A program made the position numbers and the translations under genes. From the human T2T-CHM13v2.0 reference genome, Homo sapiens, in the NCBI RefSeq assembly GCF_009914755.1, contig NC_060935.1: a DNA stretch of 64,000 bases; one strand, written 5' to 3'. Numbering within the stretch: position 1 is the stretch's first letter; each line of letters starts with the position of its first letter. The notes under the pieces were generated by a model. That model was not told where the DNA came from and did not search any database. It worked only from the letters and a program-made list of their open reading frames with translations. Below, piece after piece: positions 37,261-53,400 of the stretch.

Positions 37261-40027
37261 GGCCTCTTTGGAAGCAGGCCATCCACGTCCTGACCTTCCT
37301 AGGCCTTTCTTGTTTGCAGTGTCTACGAAACAGCTTTGGTGAGCACTGAAGATGCAAAAACCACCAGAGGCCAACCCCGCCCAGCCCTGAGCTTCAACTC
37401 CTGACCTGAACCTGGTTTACGAGGATGCTCTGAGCTAGTGGAGCTTCTGCCTCCTGGGATCCTCCCCACACCCCAGGGTGGCTGCTACCACCATACCCTG
37501 CAGATATGAAGACTGGCAGAGGTCAGGGCAAGACTGAAGGCTGCCTGCCCAGCACTGCACCTCCTTCACCCTCAGCCCTCCACAGCCATTCCTCCAGAAA
37601 GCACCACCCCCTCCAGGCACCCTCCCTGCCCCTGGCAGAGGACTAGGCGGGTGTCTACAGATGACCACTTCACCCTCCCTCCTCCCTCTGGCCTCTCCTC
37701 TCTCCTCTTCTGGCTCCTTCCAATCAGCAGTGAGCAGGCCTGGGGCTCATGCAGTTCATCCCCTGCACCCCTTCCCAGCTCTCCTCCCTTTCTCTCCTCC
37801 CTTCTCATCCAAACTTCTGAGAGTTGTCTGCACCCATATCTCCACTTCGTCCCACCCACTGCAAAACCCATTACCCTCTGCTGCCACCAAGTTCAACAAT
37901 GGCTTCTGTGTGGGTAAATCCATGGGGCACTTCTCCATCCTCAGCCACTGATTGCCTGGTTGTTTGTCCCCCTTTCTGGCCCCACCTCACCAGCCCCTTC
38001 GCTGGATCCTCTCTGCCCAGGCCTGAATGCTGCTGCTCTCAATCCTAAGCCCCCTTTCCCTCCCTTGCCCATCACATCCTTCTTGGCAGTATCATCCACC
38101 CCACGGTTTCAACCACCCATCTCTGGCTGGACCAAGTTCAAGACTCAAGTATCCTGCAACCCTCTGGTCATCTGCACCTGGACATCCCACAGGAAGCTCA
38201 TACCCACAGTGGCCAAATGGGAACTCCTCTTCCTTTCCACGCATTTCAAGACACCTCCATTCCCTCCAACCTCCAGGCCTGGAAGATGAGAATCACCCTC
38301 CCCATCTCCCTTTTCTTCAAACCCGCCAGTGCCATCTGACGCCAAGCCCAGCTCTGTTCTCTATCTCCTTCCTCTCATCCCCCAAACAGCTCTGTAGTCA
38401 CCACTCAAACTCCTCCTGTAGGAAGCCCTCCCTGACTCTCCAGCAGGCCTGGGCATGCCTTCACCTGTTTTCTTGTGCCCTGTACAGCCATCCATTCAGC
38501 AGCCACGCTAGTGTCCAACTGCATAGCTGACTGCCTGGGCTGGCTCTGGAAGGTAGGGGCAGGGTCTGATCTGACCCTGGGTCCCCAACACCGAGGCCAA
38601 GTGCAGCATGAGGGGTCCCAAAGAGGTTTCTCAAATCTGGGAACTTGTATTTCTGCTGAGTTTGCCACATTGGTGAGGTCTGGATCTTCCCTCAGACCAC
38701 AGGCCCCCAGGGGCAAGGGCTATACCCTGGCTCGGCCCCTCCTCGCACTTAGCCCCTTTCAGAGCACCCTAACCTGACTGCCATTTATGACAAGATAACC
38801 ATGGGGGCCCTGAGAGAGCCTAAGAGGCCCACCTCATACTTGTGCAAACACATGCGAACACACAGAGACATCCAAAAAGACATAGGGCACATATTCACGG
38901 ACAGACACAGGTGACATGAGTGGGCACACTGGCGCAAGCATACAGGCTCCCAGAAGTACATGGAGCCATACAAAGACAGGTCCACAGGGACACAAACATC
39001 CTGGAAACAGGGACTCGGGCCATGGCCTCGCTCAGAGTCACCTGCTCCAGGGGTGAAGCCTTTGGCTGGGCCAGGGCTCCAGGCTGGTGCTCGGGGCTCC
39101 AGAGCAGGGGCTCAGGGAGACGTGGCAACAGCCACCTGAACAGTCTGGCCTGTTCCATTTGGACTCTGAGGCTGTGATCAGAGTGGGGAGGGGTGCTGGG
39201 AGAGGAGAGGGTGAGAGAGCAGGAGCCGCTCTCCACAGACAGGGCTGGGGGCAGAGGAGGAGGCCACCGGCCCTGCTAGGCTCCTCCAGACCCCTCTGCC
39301 AAGGGAGTTACACTTCCACCCTCCCCTACCAAAGAGCCAATCTGAGCAGAGAACAATCATGAAGTTTCTAATTTACTGGAAGAGGAGGGAAAGCAAGCCA
39401 GGGTAGGTATGTGTATCACATTCAAAACTGATGTAAATGACCCGCGCCAAACACCTGGGTGTGAGCCCCATCAGTCCTGACCTCTCCCTACACCCCCAAG
39501 TCCAGTATCTCCCCAGATCCTGTTGATTTGCCCTCAGAAATGGCTTCCTCATGATGGTACTCAAGCCTCTCATATTGCTGCCTGAGAAACAGAAGGACAT
39601 CCTGGAACCTACAGGATTAAGTACAAACCCTACACGCAAAACTTTTTTCAACCTGCCCACAACTCACTTTCCAGTCATTTCCTTCCCTCCTCACCTCAGG
39701 GCAGCCCTGCCACCTGGAGCTAAGTCCCTGCTCCAGGGACTCCCTTCTCCAGCTCAACACTTTTGCAAAGTTAATTTCTTCTGTGTAGAATGCCTTTCCA
39801 CTTGCCTCAGTTTGGTGAACTCCTATAGATCCCTCAATACCCAAATGGGAAATGCTGCTATTCAGTGGATTGGCTTCCACAGTGGCAGTCACATCCTAAG
39901 GTCAGCACATCACGAATAAGTTGCATATGGTCAAAATCACCCTTGGCTTTATCTAGCTACCATTTATATATGATGCCTAGGCATTGTTCTAGGCATTTCC
40001 TGTGTTTACTCATCTAACTCTCACAAC

Positions 40028-40894
<867 letters not shown>

Positions 40895-41894
40895 AATATA
40901 AATTATGAACTATCATTCTCCTCACTTCAGAGAAGGATCTGAGGCAGAGAGGCTAAGCAACTTGTTCAAGGTCATAGAGGTAGTAACTGGCAGAACTGGG
41001 ATTTGAACCCAGGCAGTTTAGCCTCAGAATCCACACTATTCACTGCTATGCCATACTGACTGCCTGCAAGGTCTGATTGGTCTCCCAGCCCACAGCAGGC
41101 CTCAGGGAGTGGTTGCTGAATAAATGAGCGAAGGAAGGAATAGGCAAATGAATGAATGAAAGTGAGCAAAAGCAGAGTGAGCTCCCAGGTGCAAGGCAAG
41201 GACCTTAGAGAGCCTGCACCATGCAAATGAGTCTGACGTGAGTCTCCTTGTTGCTGAAGCAGCTCCGCTGTCCACAGCCCTGGGGAAAGTCAGGCGATCA
41301 GAGGAGACTAGCAGGTGCCATTGGCCTCCACCCACTACAGATGCTCATCTCTTGAGCCTCCTGAGATGTTCATCTCCCAGCCCCCTGCCTCCCCCAGCCC
41401 TGAATGCTGCAGGATTAGACATAGGCCCCTGGGGAGCTGATCCCTCCTAAGGACAAGGCTTGCGGATCTCAGGGACTGGAGGGGGAAGGTCCCCAGGCTG
41501 GAGAGCCAAGTTTAATCCTGGCATGGCCATTGACTGGCTGGGTGAACTTGAATGAGTCCCTGCCCCTCTCTGTGCACAGGTGCTCTCCAGCTCCAATATT
41601 CTGAGATTCACCACATGCTCAGCTGCCCTCATGGATGGGTGCAGGTGAGCTGTGGGTCCTATAGCCATGGGCAAAAGGGACCTGTCCCTAGAGGGAAAGC
41701 GGAAAACGAGAATGAATCCCACCTACTACTCACTGCAAGTCTGCTGTACGCCAAGCATTTCAACATGAACAATTTCTACTCCTTGCAGCAATCCCACTGG
41801 GCACGGTGGCAGGTGAGGAGGGCCTTAGATTCAGCTAAAGGAGGCTAAAAGCCAGGGTCCAACCCAGGCCCATCCAACTTCAAAACTCCCTACT

Positions 41895-42340
41895 CTTGTG
41901 ACAAGAGCCAAGAAGTGGAACAACCCAAGGGTCCATCGACAGGTGAACGGACAGACAGAATGTGGTCTAGCCACACAATGGAGCAGCACTCCGCCTGAAC
42001 AAAGAAGGGGATCCAGCCACATGCTGCAGCATGGATGAACCATGAGGACACTATGCTAAGTGAAATAAGCCAAATATTGTACACTTCCACTTATATATGG
42101 TATCTAAAATAGTCAAACTCAGAAACAGAAAGTGGAATGGTGGGTGCCAGGGGCCAGAGAAAGAGGGAGAAATGGGGAGTAGTTGTGTAATAGGTATAGA
42201 GTCTCAGTTTTGCAAGATGAAAAAGCTCTGGAGATCTGTTGCACAAGAATGTGAATATAGTTAACATACGGAACTGTATTTAACATGGTTACGATGGTGC
42301 ATTTTATGTTTGTTAACTTAAATAATACAATTTTTAAAAA
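41895..42340 (+). mobile_element. L1MB 3' end
   Basis: 'atggatgaaccatgaggacactatgctaagtgaaataagcc...gtatagagtctcagttttgcaagatgaaaaagctctggagat'. Confidence 0.9.
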
Positions 42341-42351
42341 TACTCTCACTC

Positions 42352-42717
<366 letters not shown>

Positions 42718-45700
42718 TCACAGAAGAGGGGGCATTTGAGCTGGACAGGATTTGGGCAAGCACAGATGGGCCTGGGGCACCACAGATAGAGGCTTGGACC
42801 TTTGGCCCCTGCCTCCCTCTCAGGATCCAGCTGCCTCCGCCCCCCAGCCCCACCCCCAGCCCTCCAGATCACCACCTAAAAGCAGTGCCCCAGAGGAGAG
42901 CAGGCATTGGCTTGGAAGGAAGAAGGGATTTCCTACTATGTGCTCCCAGGCCCACTCACTGCATGACCTTGGGCCAGTCCTTTTCCTTGTGGGGCCCCTG
43001 TTTTCCTGTCTGTACCATCAGAGAATGACCTGCAATTCCTAGGTGTCCTTCCAATTCTCACACTGGGAATAATCTCTGAGTGGGAGGCAGGAGGCACCAG
43101 AGACCTGCAGAGAGTGGGGACCAGGACACTCTCTGATCAAAAGACCAGGAATCTGGAGCCACAGCCTCATGATCCTGCCCCAGGCGACCTTTACTCACTT
43201 CACAGAAGGGAAATCTGAGACCCAAGTGGATTTGGTTTAATTCAAACTTAACCAACATGTGCCTGCACCTACTATATTTGTGATAGGGCCATAATTCCTC
43301 CCTCAGTCCAGAACCGTTTCTCCTATTCCATGCTGCCAAAAGTGGAAAAGACTCTAACATAAGGTAAAGCATGAATCACTGCAGTCAGAGAGACAAAATC
43401 CTCCATGCCTAGGTTTCTCTCCAAGAATTCTGACTCTTGCCTCTTTCCCCTGGCTCTCAGGAACCCCTAGTTTCTCCCTCAGAAGGAATGGGGCGGGGCA
43501 GTCCTTGGTTCCAATATCAGCTCCGCCAAGTACCAGCTGGGCCTCTGTGTCCTCATCTGCATCATGGGGATAAGGACCCTTCCCAGAGCCCCTTGGGAGG
43601 GTCAGATATGGCAAGAGCACAAAATGCTGAGCCAAGGGCTTGGCACACAGTAGGCACTCAATAAAAGGTTGCCATCATCCGTTCTCTCCTTTCCAGACAA
43701 AGACGTTTTCATCGATCTGTTTGTTCCTCTCAGGGACGCTTTGTTTGTTTGGGCTCTTCCCAGAAGACACTCCCCCCAGGAACACTGGGTGATGCTCCCC
43801 AGCCAGCCCCAGGGAGGAAGAAGGAGGAGGGATGAACTTACTTGATAGGAAAAGGAAAATTCATCATCAGGTAAACACAAGAGAGCAACCCCGGGGAAGT
43901 CCAGTGGCTGCCCCTCCACCTAGGAGGACCCAGGGTAGCCTCTTAATAAGCTCCCTAGGGCCTGGCTGGGAGGCCTGATATGATCCGGCTGCTACTTAAA
44001 TCGCACAAAGCCTTCTATTCTTAGCTGAGCAGAGGCCTGGTTCCATCCCAGCTGTCCATTAGCACTAACCAGCCCCAGGCACACCATCACAGCGGCCAGT
44101 CAAGACCACAAGGTAGGGTGGGGGCAGCCCTGTGATCTGACCGAAGTCTGAGACCTACCTGAGGGGGCTACAGATGACTCCCCAGTTGCCAGAGTGTTCA
44201 CGGAGCCTGCAGAGGGGCTGCCTGGGCTGGATGAAGGTTTGGATTGTGACCCCTTAGGCCTCCTCCAAGTCTGGATTTCATATCACCGAGATTCTATGGT
44301 TCCATGATCCAGTGCTTCCAAGATTTGGGAACTGAAAGAGTCCACGGTTCTAAGGACCAAGGTTCCAAGATGCCAACAAAGACGGAATGCTGGGCTCTAG
44401 AGTGTGCACCCTGCCCCTGCCCCCCTCCCCTTCTCTGTCCAACCCTTAAGTGGCAGAGGATGGCCAGCTCTATCCCAATCCTGTGGTCCCCAGGCAGGGG
44501 AGTAGCACAGACAGCATGGTGGACTCGGCACTGAGGTCAGCAACACTTGTTTTACGCCACCCCTAATCCACTGGCGCAAGACTCCCTGGGGAACTTCTGG
44601 GCACTGCAGGACAAACAGGGAAAGAAAGAGGAGAAGGGCCAAAGCTGCCCTGGGGCCCACCAATGCCAGACGCTGCTGGGCAGGATGTTCAGTGTCTGCT
44701 CTGTGCCAGCAGGGCCAGCATACCCCTGTCAGGCGGACATGGGGAGGCTGGGTGGGCTACCCAAGGTCACAGGCCAGAAAGTGCAGCAGCTGGGCCAAGA
44801 ACCCCAGGCTGGGCTGGCTTCAGAGATCACTGCTCCCCTCACCCTGCTTTGCTGTAGGCCACAGCTTCCTGGGACCACTTCTTCCAACATCCTCATTTAG
44901 AGGGGAAAACTGAGGCCCAGAGGGAGAAAGGGCCTATGATCAAGGTCACATAGAGAACTGGTGGCAGAGCCAGGCAGAATCTTTCCCAGGCTGGGGGGCA
45001 CTGGCTGCCTCCAAGCCCCACTGGGTCACAGCCACTGAGCCTTCTCTACATTCCTCCTTTAAAGCCCAGACCGGGGTTCTTAAGGCAGGGCTGTCTCCTG
45101 TTCCCTTAGTCCCCAACACAGTGGTTGCCCCACGAGGCCATCTGAGTGACAAGCCAAGAATCAGAGGATAGGACAGTGGGTCAATGCTTCACACCCAAGG
45201 CTGGCCAGTGGAGCACACACATGGTCTGGAGAGAGCTGACCCTGTCAGATGCTGGGGACACTCACAGGGACACTTGTCAGGAACACTCAGAGGCTAATTA
45301 AGCAGCTGTCCCATTAAGGAAAGCAAATCAGGCTCTACACACGCATTGACCATCACAGAGCCTGCCAGTCATCAGGACAGGACACCCAGCCTCAGCTGCC
45401 TGAGCCCTTGACCCGCACTCTGGGCCATCATCCCCCAACACCCACCCCCAGCACCCACTATCTATCAGTTGCTTTTTTTTTTTCCACAGTAGGATTTTAT
45501 AGATTATTTCTCATCTGAAGCTCACAATGAGCCTGAGAATTAGGTACTTGTTCCCTCCATTTTATAGGACAGGGAGGACAAGGGACTCGCCCACGTCACC
45601 TGGCTAATATGACAGAGTCAGGACTCACACCCAGTGGCTTTACATGGTCCCAGGGGAAAGGTCAACAAATACCTGGGTAATTTTGAAGTCCTTTTGGTGG

Positions 45701-47038
45701 AGTCACAAGGTACAAAAACGTGTCTAAGCTGCACTGATCATTTTGAGGAAGTTGACAAGAATTTCCTCTCTCCTGTTTACAGAGACCACAGATCAAGTAT
45801 CTAAAAACATCCAATTTCTTTGCTCTGGCCTAGCATTAGATCTGCCTTGCAAATCGGTGGCCTGCCATGTATCCGGTGCCTTCCTGGGTGTGCCACCCAC
45901 TGGGTTGATTTGATCTCACACCAGCCTTGTGACGTTGGCCTTATCATCAGCATCTTAAAATGAGGCCAGCTAAGGCTCAGAGAGCCCCAGGCACAAATTC
46001 AAGGTTGCACAGGCACACGGATGGAGCCAGGACAGGAAGCCAGGTGTGTTCCTGCTTGGTCTTTTTAAGACAGGGGGAGAGTTGGAGGAGGGGTAAATTG
46101 ACGTTTGTTCACTGGGATCTTATAAAAATAATCTGCTTAGGTTTACATCAATATCCCACTATATCTTTCTCCCTGCCTGCCACTCTGCCTCCCCCACTGT
46201 GGCCCCCATGCCAATCTAAGCGGAGGGAGGATCTGTGATGCCTCTGGGTGCCAGCCTCACCAGCTGTCTGCCCCTACTCCCCCCACATAGGGCCAGGACC
46301 ATCTGGAGCTGCTCAGGAACAAGGGCACTGAGAGGGACCCCCAGAATTCCAGGCGAAGGGGTGCTGGGCACAACCTAGCCTTGTCCCTCCAGCACCTACC
46401 CTGGGCAGGTGGCTTTGGCTCAGCATGCTGTGACAGGCTGCAGGCCTCCCAGAGGGGGTACCTGAGGCCCTGCTGAAATAAAGCAGTGTCCACATTGAAG
46501 ATCTTGGTCATCCCGACTGACAGCTCCTGGCATGAACAGGGAAGTGGAAGGGATGTGGAGTGACTGTCTTTTTCTGCCCCTCAAGCCCTATGCCCACCAG
46601 CCACCCAGGGATGCAGGACACAGAGAGGCTCCTGTATGTGGGCAGGTCATGTTAGACCCAGACTGTAAACAGGACAGACAAGTTGGGTGTGGGGGGTGTT
46701 CTTGACATGTGCTCCCAGCCTTCCTCAGAGGCCGAGACCCCTGGGTTGCAGCCAGGGAAGGGGCGGTATCTGGTCCCTGGGCCCAGCAGATAGGAAGGAC
46801 AGCACCATCTTTCTTTCTGTTCAAACACAGACAGGGCTGCAGACACACAGTTCTGGCCTGTGTGTGCGACTTGTACATAATTCAGAGGCTCCTATTGCTC
46901 TGGCCTGGATAAAATGTACCAGCAGGGGCAGCTTGCACAGAGAACAGTGAGCTGATGCCAGGGAGCACTTCCTGAAAAGAGGTGAGTGGCCCAGAGGCTT
47001 GGGGGATTAATATAAATTGGACAAATGAATATTGTTAA

Positions 47039-47498
<460 letters not shown>

Positions 47499-49785
47499 TA
47501 GATGGAAGCAGAGCTCCCTCCCCGTGCTAAGCTGCAGCATGCGCTCAATGCCACTGCCACTCCCAGTCACGGGACACCAAGGAATGTCCTTCTGGGCTCA
47601 GGGGGCCAACTGCTGAAGGGAGAAAGCACGAGGGGCAAAGTTCCCTGGCAGCGGGAGGGCTGTCCCCCACTCAGGGCACCATGGCCCCAGCCCTGCTGGG
47701 GCAACCCAGAGAACCCTGAGGCAGGAGACAGGGAGAGTGGTGAGGCCTTCCCCTGCACAAGCATCCAGAACTCCTGAGAGCTCTTCAGAGTAGGAAGGGA
47801 GGTGCCAGGTGACCTCGCCTGACCACAAATGTGAGGAACCCGAGGCCTACAGAGGAAGAGTCCAGCCAGTCCACAAACACCCACTGGGCACCAGCCAGGT
47901 GCTGGGGACACTGGGATGAATGTGACCAGCTCTGAAGAGGCTCCTCATCAGGTAAGCACCCACTTGGCTGGAGCTCAGACCCTCAAAATCTGCCCCAGAA
48001 ACTTCTCCAGCCCCGTCTGACCTCCTTTTCCTCCCTCTGCTCCCACATCCACAGGCTCCTTACAGGGTCCTCATGACACAGTGTCATGTGCTGCCTCCTT
48101 TCACATCTGCTCCAGCTGTTGGAAGAATGCCCTTCCCAGCCACCTGGAGCCCATCCACCCCCACTCCCCCATCTCTTCTTCGCAGAGCCTCACTTAAGTG
48201 CCCCCCAACCCCAAGCTGAGACTGATGGACCCCAGGAGGAAGCTCGCTCCCTTCTCCCCCTCCCCCCTCCTCCTCCTCCGGGCCTCCCCATGCTCTTGAC
48301 CTCCCTTGCAACATCTGTGCACTCTGCCCAGGGTAATGGGTCCTGGAATTGCCTCACTCTCTGCCCCTCAGGACCTGGGACTAAGAAGGTACAGCTCCGC
48401 TGAATTGAGTAAATGTGTCACCCACCCAAAGCAACGACCCAGAGCAATTAACAGATCACTTCTTCCTTTTAAGGCATGTATTTAAGGCTTGTCTTTCTTT
48501 GAAAACCCTCGGAGGAAAGAGATGCAGCACTGTGGGGGAAAAATGAAATGGAAGAGACTTAGATTGTCTTGGCATTTCCAAGTGCTGGCTCTGTTCCTGG
48601 CACACAGTAGATGTCTGAGATATGTTCTTTTGGTGGATGAAAGAATAAAAATATCTCCACGGCCACTTGCCCCTGCTGCCTGAAGTTCCACCATTATCAC
48701 TGAATCTTTTCTGGGGCTAAAGAGTATTCCCTGTGATGCTCTCTCAAAATGCAGTCCTGGGCCAGGAAACTAGCTCTGGCTGGGGGTTTCCTTGCACAAA
48801 ACAGCAAGGTCAGGGTTTGCCCATGAGATCTTCTCACTGCATTCTCAAGACGGTGTGTCCAGACCCTGCTCTTTGACCAAGGAGTTGCATGTTCAAATAA
48901 GCTTAGGAAAGGCTGGCTGCACACTCTGCCACCCATTGGGGTCCCTAATTCGTATTAATACATTAAAGACCCTGAGAAGGCCTGTTTGGATTTATGTGAC
49001 CTAGCGTTTCCCAAATCTGTATGCTCATGCATCCTTGAATCCATTCCCATGCCACGGGACTAGGGCTCCTCAGGGGACAGTTTGGGGAGTGTGGACTAGA
49101 TAGTGCGCCTGGGTCCAGGCGGGACAAGGTCTGCAGGTTGAAGGGTGTCTGTGGCTGCCACCCAGCCAGGGCCATGCTTCCCTGCACTGACCATTTGACA
49201 GAGGCAAAAAGTCCAACCTCAGCCACCACCACCAATAGCTCATGACAGAGACAGATAATGAACATGGCATCAGACAGCCTCCAAACGTAGCGCAAAGGAG
49301 GGAGAAGGTAACAGAGTGGGCCAGAGACCTGAGTGAGTTCCAACTGTGACTTTGTGCTCACTGCTGGCCATTGGGCGGGGGGACCCCATCCTGCTAAGCT
49401 TTGTTTTCATCATCTGCAAAATGGGGATAATGCTATTCTCAGGGCTGTTGTGAAGATTGAGGTAATGCAAGCAGAGGCAGATTACAAACTGTCAAGTCCT
49501 GTGCCAGCATTTGCTGTGTGCATCATTATTTTACTGCATGCATGGCCAGGAGGGTGTGGTAATGTCTTGATTGATCACAAGCCACTGCAGAGGTCCTCAA
49601 TCAGGACAGATGGATGGATGGATACATGGATGCATGGAAGAATGCACAGACAGAATCCCCAGTGTGACACAGGCTCACCAATGGCTGACTGGTTGAATAG
49701 GTATGAATGAATACACGAACCAATTCTAGTAAGGTCAATTGTTCCATTTCTTAGTCCCTAACTGGTAGAAGCATGAAATTGGGAA

Positions 49786-49788
<3 letters not shown>

Positions 49789-49839
<51 letters not shown>
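49789..49839. repeat. (CA)25 microsatellite
   Basis: Perfect CA run, the longest in the window. Confidence 0.99.
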
Positions 49840-49845
<6 letters not shown>

Positions 49846-50146
49846 AGAGGAAAGAGATGCAGCGCTCTGGAGGCAAGTCTGTGGGCAGCAGAATAAAGGA
49901 ACCGACAGGGTGGGAAGAGCCAGAAACCAGAGTTGAACACATGCAGCAGCCCAGGGTCATCTGGCACAGGGGTCAAGCCGCGTCGGCATTCTCAGCAAGG
50001 CAGGCGGGGTTCCTAAGGCCTGTCCCTCAACCCGTCCATGTTGCCATTGTTCAGAGGAAGAAAGTGATCAATCTCTTTTGCAAAGGTTTCCAACCAAAAC
50101 TGTTAGAGTTGTTTTTAATGGGATAGAGAGCAGAAAGAAGTCTTTA

Positions 50147-50413
<267 letters not shown>

Positions 50414-53400
50414 AGAAAGAAGTCTTTAGGGCAAGACACAGGCCTTAGCTGCTTCTTCTGGAAAAATGTTTCTTACAGTTTATATGAATTCATCAACACA
50501 TCTATGCACAGGACATACTGTGTACCAGGCAAGTGCTGTTGGGCACTGGGGACACAATGCCACGTCTAGACAGCATCACACGTGGAGGGTTCTGGATAAA
50601 TGAGGTATCGGGTCACTTGAGGATGGAGAGGGAGGTTTTATAGAAAAAATTCACAGACAAGAAGTCTGGAGGACCAATTTAAATCATTACATGACCTCAG
50701 ACAAGTCACCTTCCTTCTCTCAGCCTCCATCTTCCCTTCTATAAAGTGGGTCTGATAAAAATCATGAAAACTATTACATGGCACCAGACACTGACCCAGC
50801 AGTTACAGATGTTCTCTTAAGGCACACAGCCAGCAAGGCAGGTGTTGCTAACAATTTGTTGTGGAGTAAATTGTCCCTTTCACAGATGAGCAAACTGAGA
50901 CTTGGCTGGTTACCAACTTGCCTGAGGTCAGAGAGCCGGTGGGAGTCAGGGTGTAAGCTCCGGTGTGTCTGATTCCAGAGCCCACACTCTCCTGCCCTCC
51001 CAAACAAGTCCCACACTTCCTCCTCACAGACTGCTGTGAGGATGCAATGACATCACAGATATCAGAGCGCTTCGTAAAGTTAAACTGTCATGTGTCCAAA
51101 GTCAACAAAAAGTCAGTCTTGACTCTCCGTGAAACTAAACACTGAAGTTTACAGGGGCACTCAGAACTAGTCACAGCCTAGAACTCCTGGGTTCCTCGCT
51201 CTCAACCTCTGGCATTCCTCGGCTAACTTCCTCCCAGGGAAAGGGACCCAGCAATCCCAGGAGCCCCAGATGACCCCTCAAGGCCCACAGAGCAGGGTTC
51301 CCCTGGCACCCATAGGGCCTCCTCCTAGACCAGGAGACCACCTGGCTAGTAGCCTCCTGACTCTCCTGTGCTCCACTCCTGCTGAGGACCTAGAGGGCAC
51401 GGCCTGGCCCAGGTGCCATGGGAGCTGCCGCAGGGACCCTCACCACTTCCCACCGACAGGCTGTGGGACCTCAAGCCAGTCACCTCACCTGCCTGAGCCC
51501 GAGGTTTCTCACCTGCAAAATGAGGGATGAAAGCGGATCTCATGTGGGAAAGGAGCCACTCCAAGGAGAGACTCAAACATGACTGCCCTTGAGCTGGGTG
51601 AGTTCAGCTGAGTGGGTAGGAAGGGGAGCACCAGGCTCTGTTTTGAGGAGGGAGGCAAAACCCTACCTACCAGGAATCACCCATCTAACCTTGAATTCTC
51701 GGCCTGCCCTTGGCAGTCCTGGTCTGAGAGATGGACTCAGCTGCTACCACTGCCAGCCACCAGCAGGACCCTATCTGCTGTCTTCCCAGGTTGGCTAGGG
51801 TCCCAGAGGGGGAGAAGCAGGAGAAGGGTCTTCAGTCAGAACTACATATGTCTTCACTGGAGGGACCTGGGCCCTAGAGCACAGACATCCTTGCAGGCCC
51901 ACGGTGGCCCGAAATGGTTGCTAACTGGCCTTGGGCCACACAGTGAGACGGAGGTGCCAGGACCCAGGCCTTTAGGCCCAGCCCAGGGCTCTCTGCACGG
52001 GCCCAAAGTCACCCCTTTTGGAGCATGCATTAAGCACAGAGAGGAAGAACAGTGTGAAGAGTTAGGATGATGCACCCCCTATCCTGCCATGGTCAAGAGG
52101 CTCTGGCCATTGACAGTTGAACCCCCAAGCTCCAAGGTGAAAATCAACACCTGGTCACCCAGTTCTCTGCTTCACTCACTGCAGGCACTGACAGGGCACA
52201 TCTGGACAGAGGAGGGGCTCAGTCTGCCTCTGCAGAGTCCCCAGCAAGAGGAAGAAGGCTCCAATTGCAGCAGAGTGGACTTCAATTAGTCTCAAGAAAG
52301 AACTTCCTGCAGAGGCATTAAGCATGAACAGCATACAGAGAAGGGGGGCATGATGAGGGCAACTGTAGCATCTCCTCTGAAATACAGGATGCTGTCTCAT
52401 TCATTATGTCATTTTACTTTCAAACCAGCCTGGAAGGTAAGTGTTGCTGCTCTAATTTTATAGGTGAGCAACTGAGGCTCAGAGAGGCTAAGTGACTTGC
52501 CCATGTCTTCTAAGTTCCACTCAAGAGAGGCAGAGCCAGGATTCCAAGCCAGAATTCTGACTCCGAGGCCCACATACCTCCCTTCTCAGGAAGTCTCTGA
52601 GGATCCAGGTGTTACCACACCTGCCATGGGCATCTCACTGTGTCACCTCAGATGTCTAGGTGTGAGCTGGTGGAGATGCCAGGGGCATTCCTTTCAGGAA
52701 GGAGAGGGAGTGCTCGCTGGCAGCCAGCTGTAAAGGGCTCTGTGTCCTAGACCTGCCGGCTGTGCCCCTGCAGACAACACCCCGTGGGGGCCTCCCACAT
52801 GGTTTCCATGCAAAGTGTCATATCTTCTGTCCTCTCCCTGACCATGCCTCCTCTTGGGCAAGGCTCAGTCTCTGGCACCATTATGCCTCCTGCTCCCTGC
52901 CTGGCAAGAACCACACCCCCCACCTAACTCCACACCCAGACTCCCCATCACAAGGCCTGGCAGCATTTGGTGGCACTTGCTGCACGGCCTGTCCCAGGCC
53001 TGCCCAGCCCCACGCTCCTCTTACCTGACATTCATAGGCTCCTGGGAGACCCTCTGAACTCAGAGTGGCATGGCTCTTAACACCCTGGACATGAGGAACA
53101 TGTTCTGGGTCCAGGGCTATCCCCAGAACTGTGGCAATGACTGCCCAGCTCTAAGGAAGGTGTGTGAAGTGGCCACATCATGGCCAGCTCTGGGATGGGC
53201 AAGTCGCAGCAGGGCTGGGGCCGCTGCTCTGTGCACCTGAACTCGCCTGACACTAGCCTACCTGTGACTTCTGCTCCACTCCAGAGGTTCCCCTGTCCCT
53301 GGCAGGGTCACCCCAGAAGCCATCTATAGCTTACTTTGGTGGAGGAGGCAGAGAGGGAGAGATGGGTACCTCCAAAACTCCTCTCGCCGAGGTGTCTGTG

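Noticed and set aside
44280-44390. Degenerate 8-nt periodicity (gattctat/ggttccat/ggttctaa/ggttccaa)
   Set aside because: Consistent with the decayed (ATTCTRTG)n tail of an L3/CR1 or MIR3 element, not a new array.
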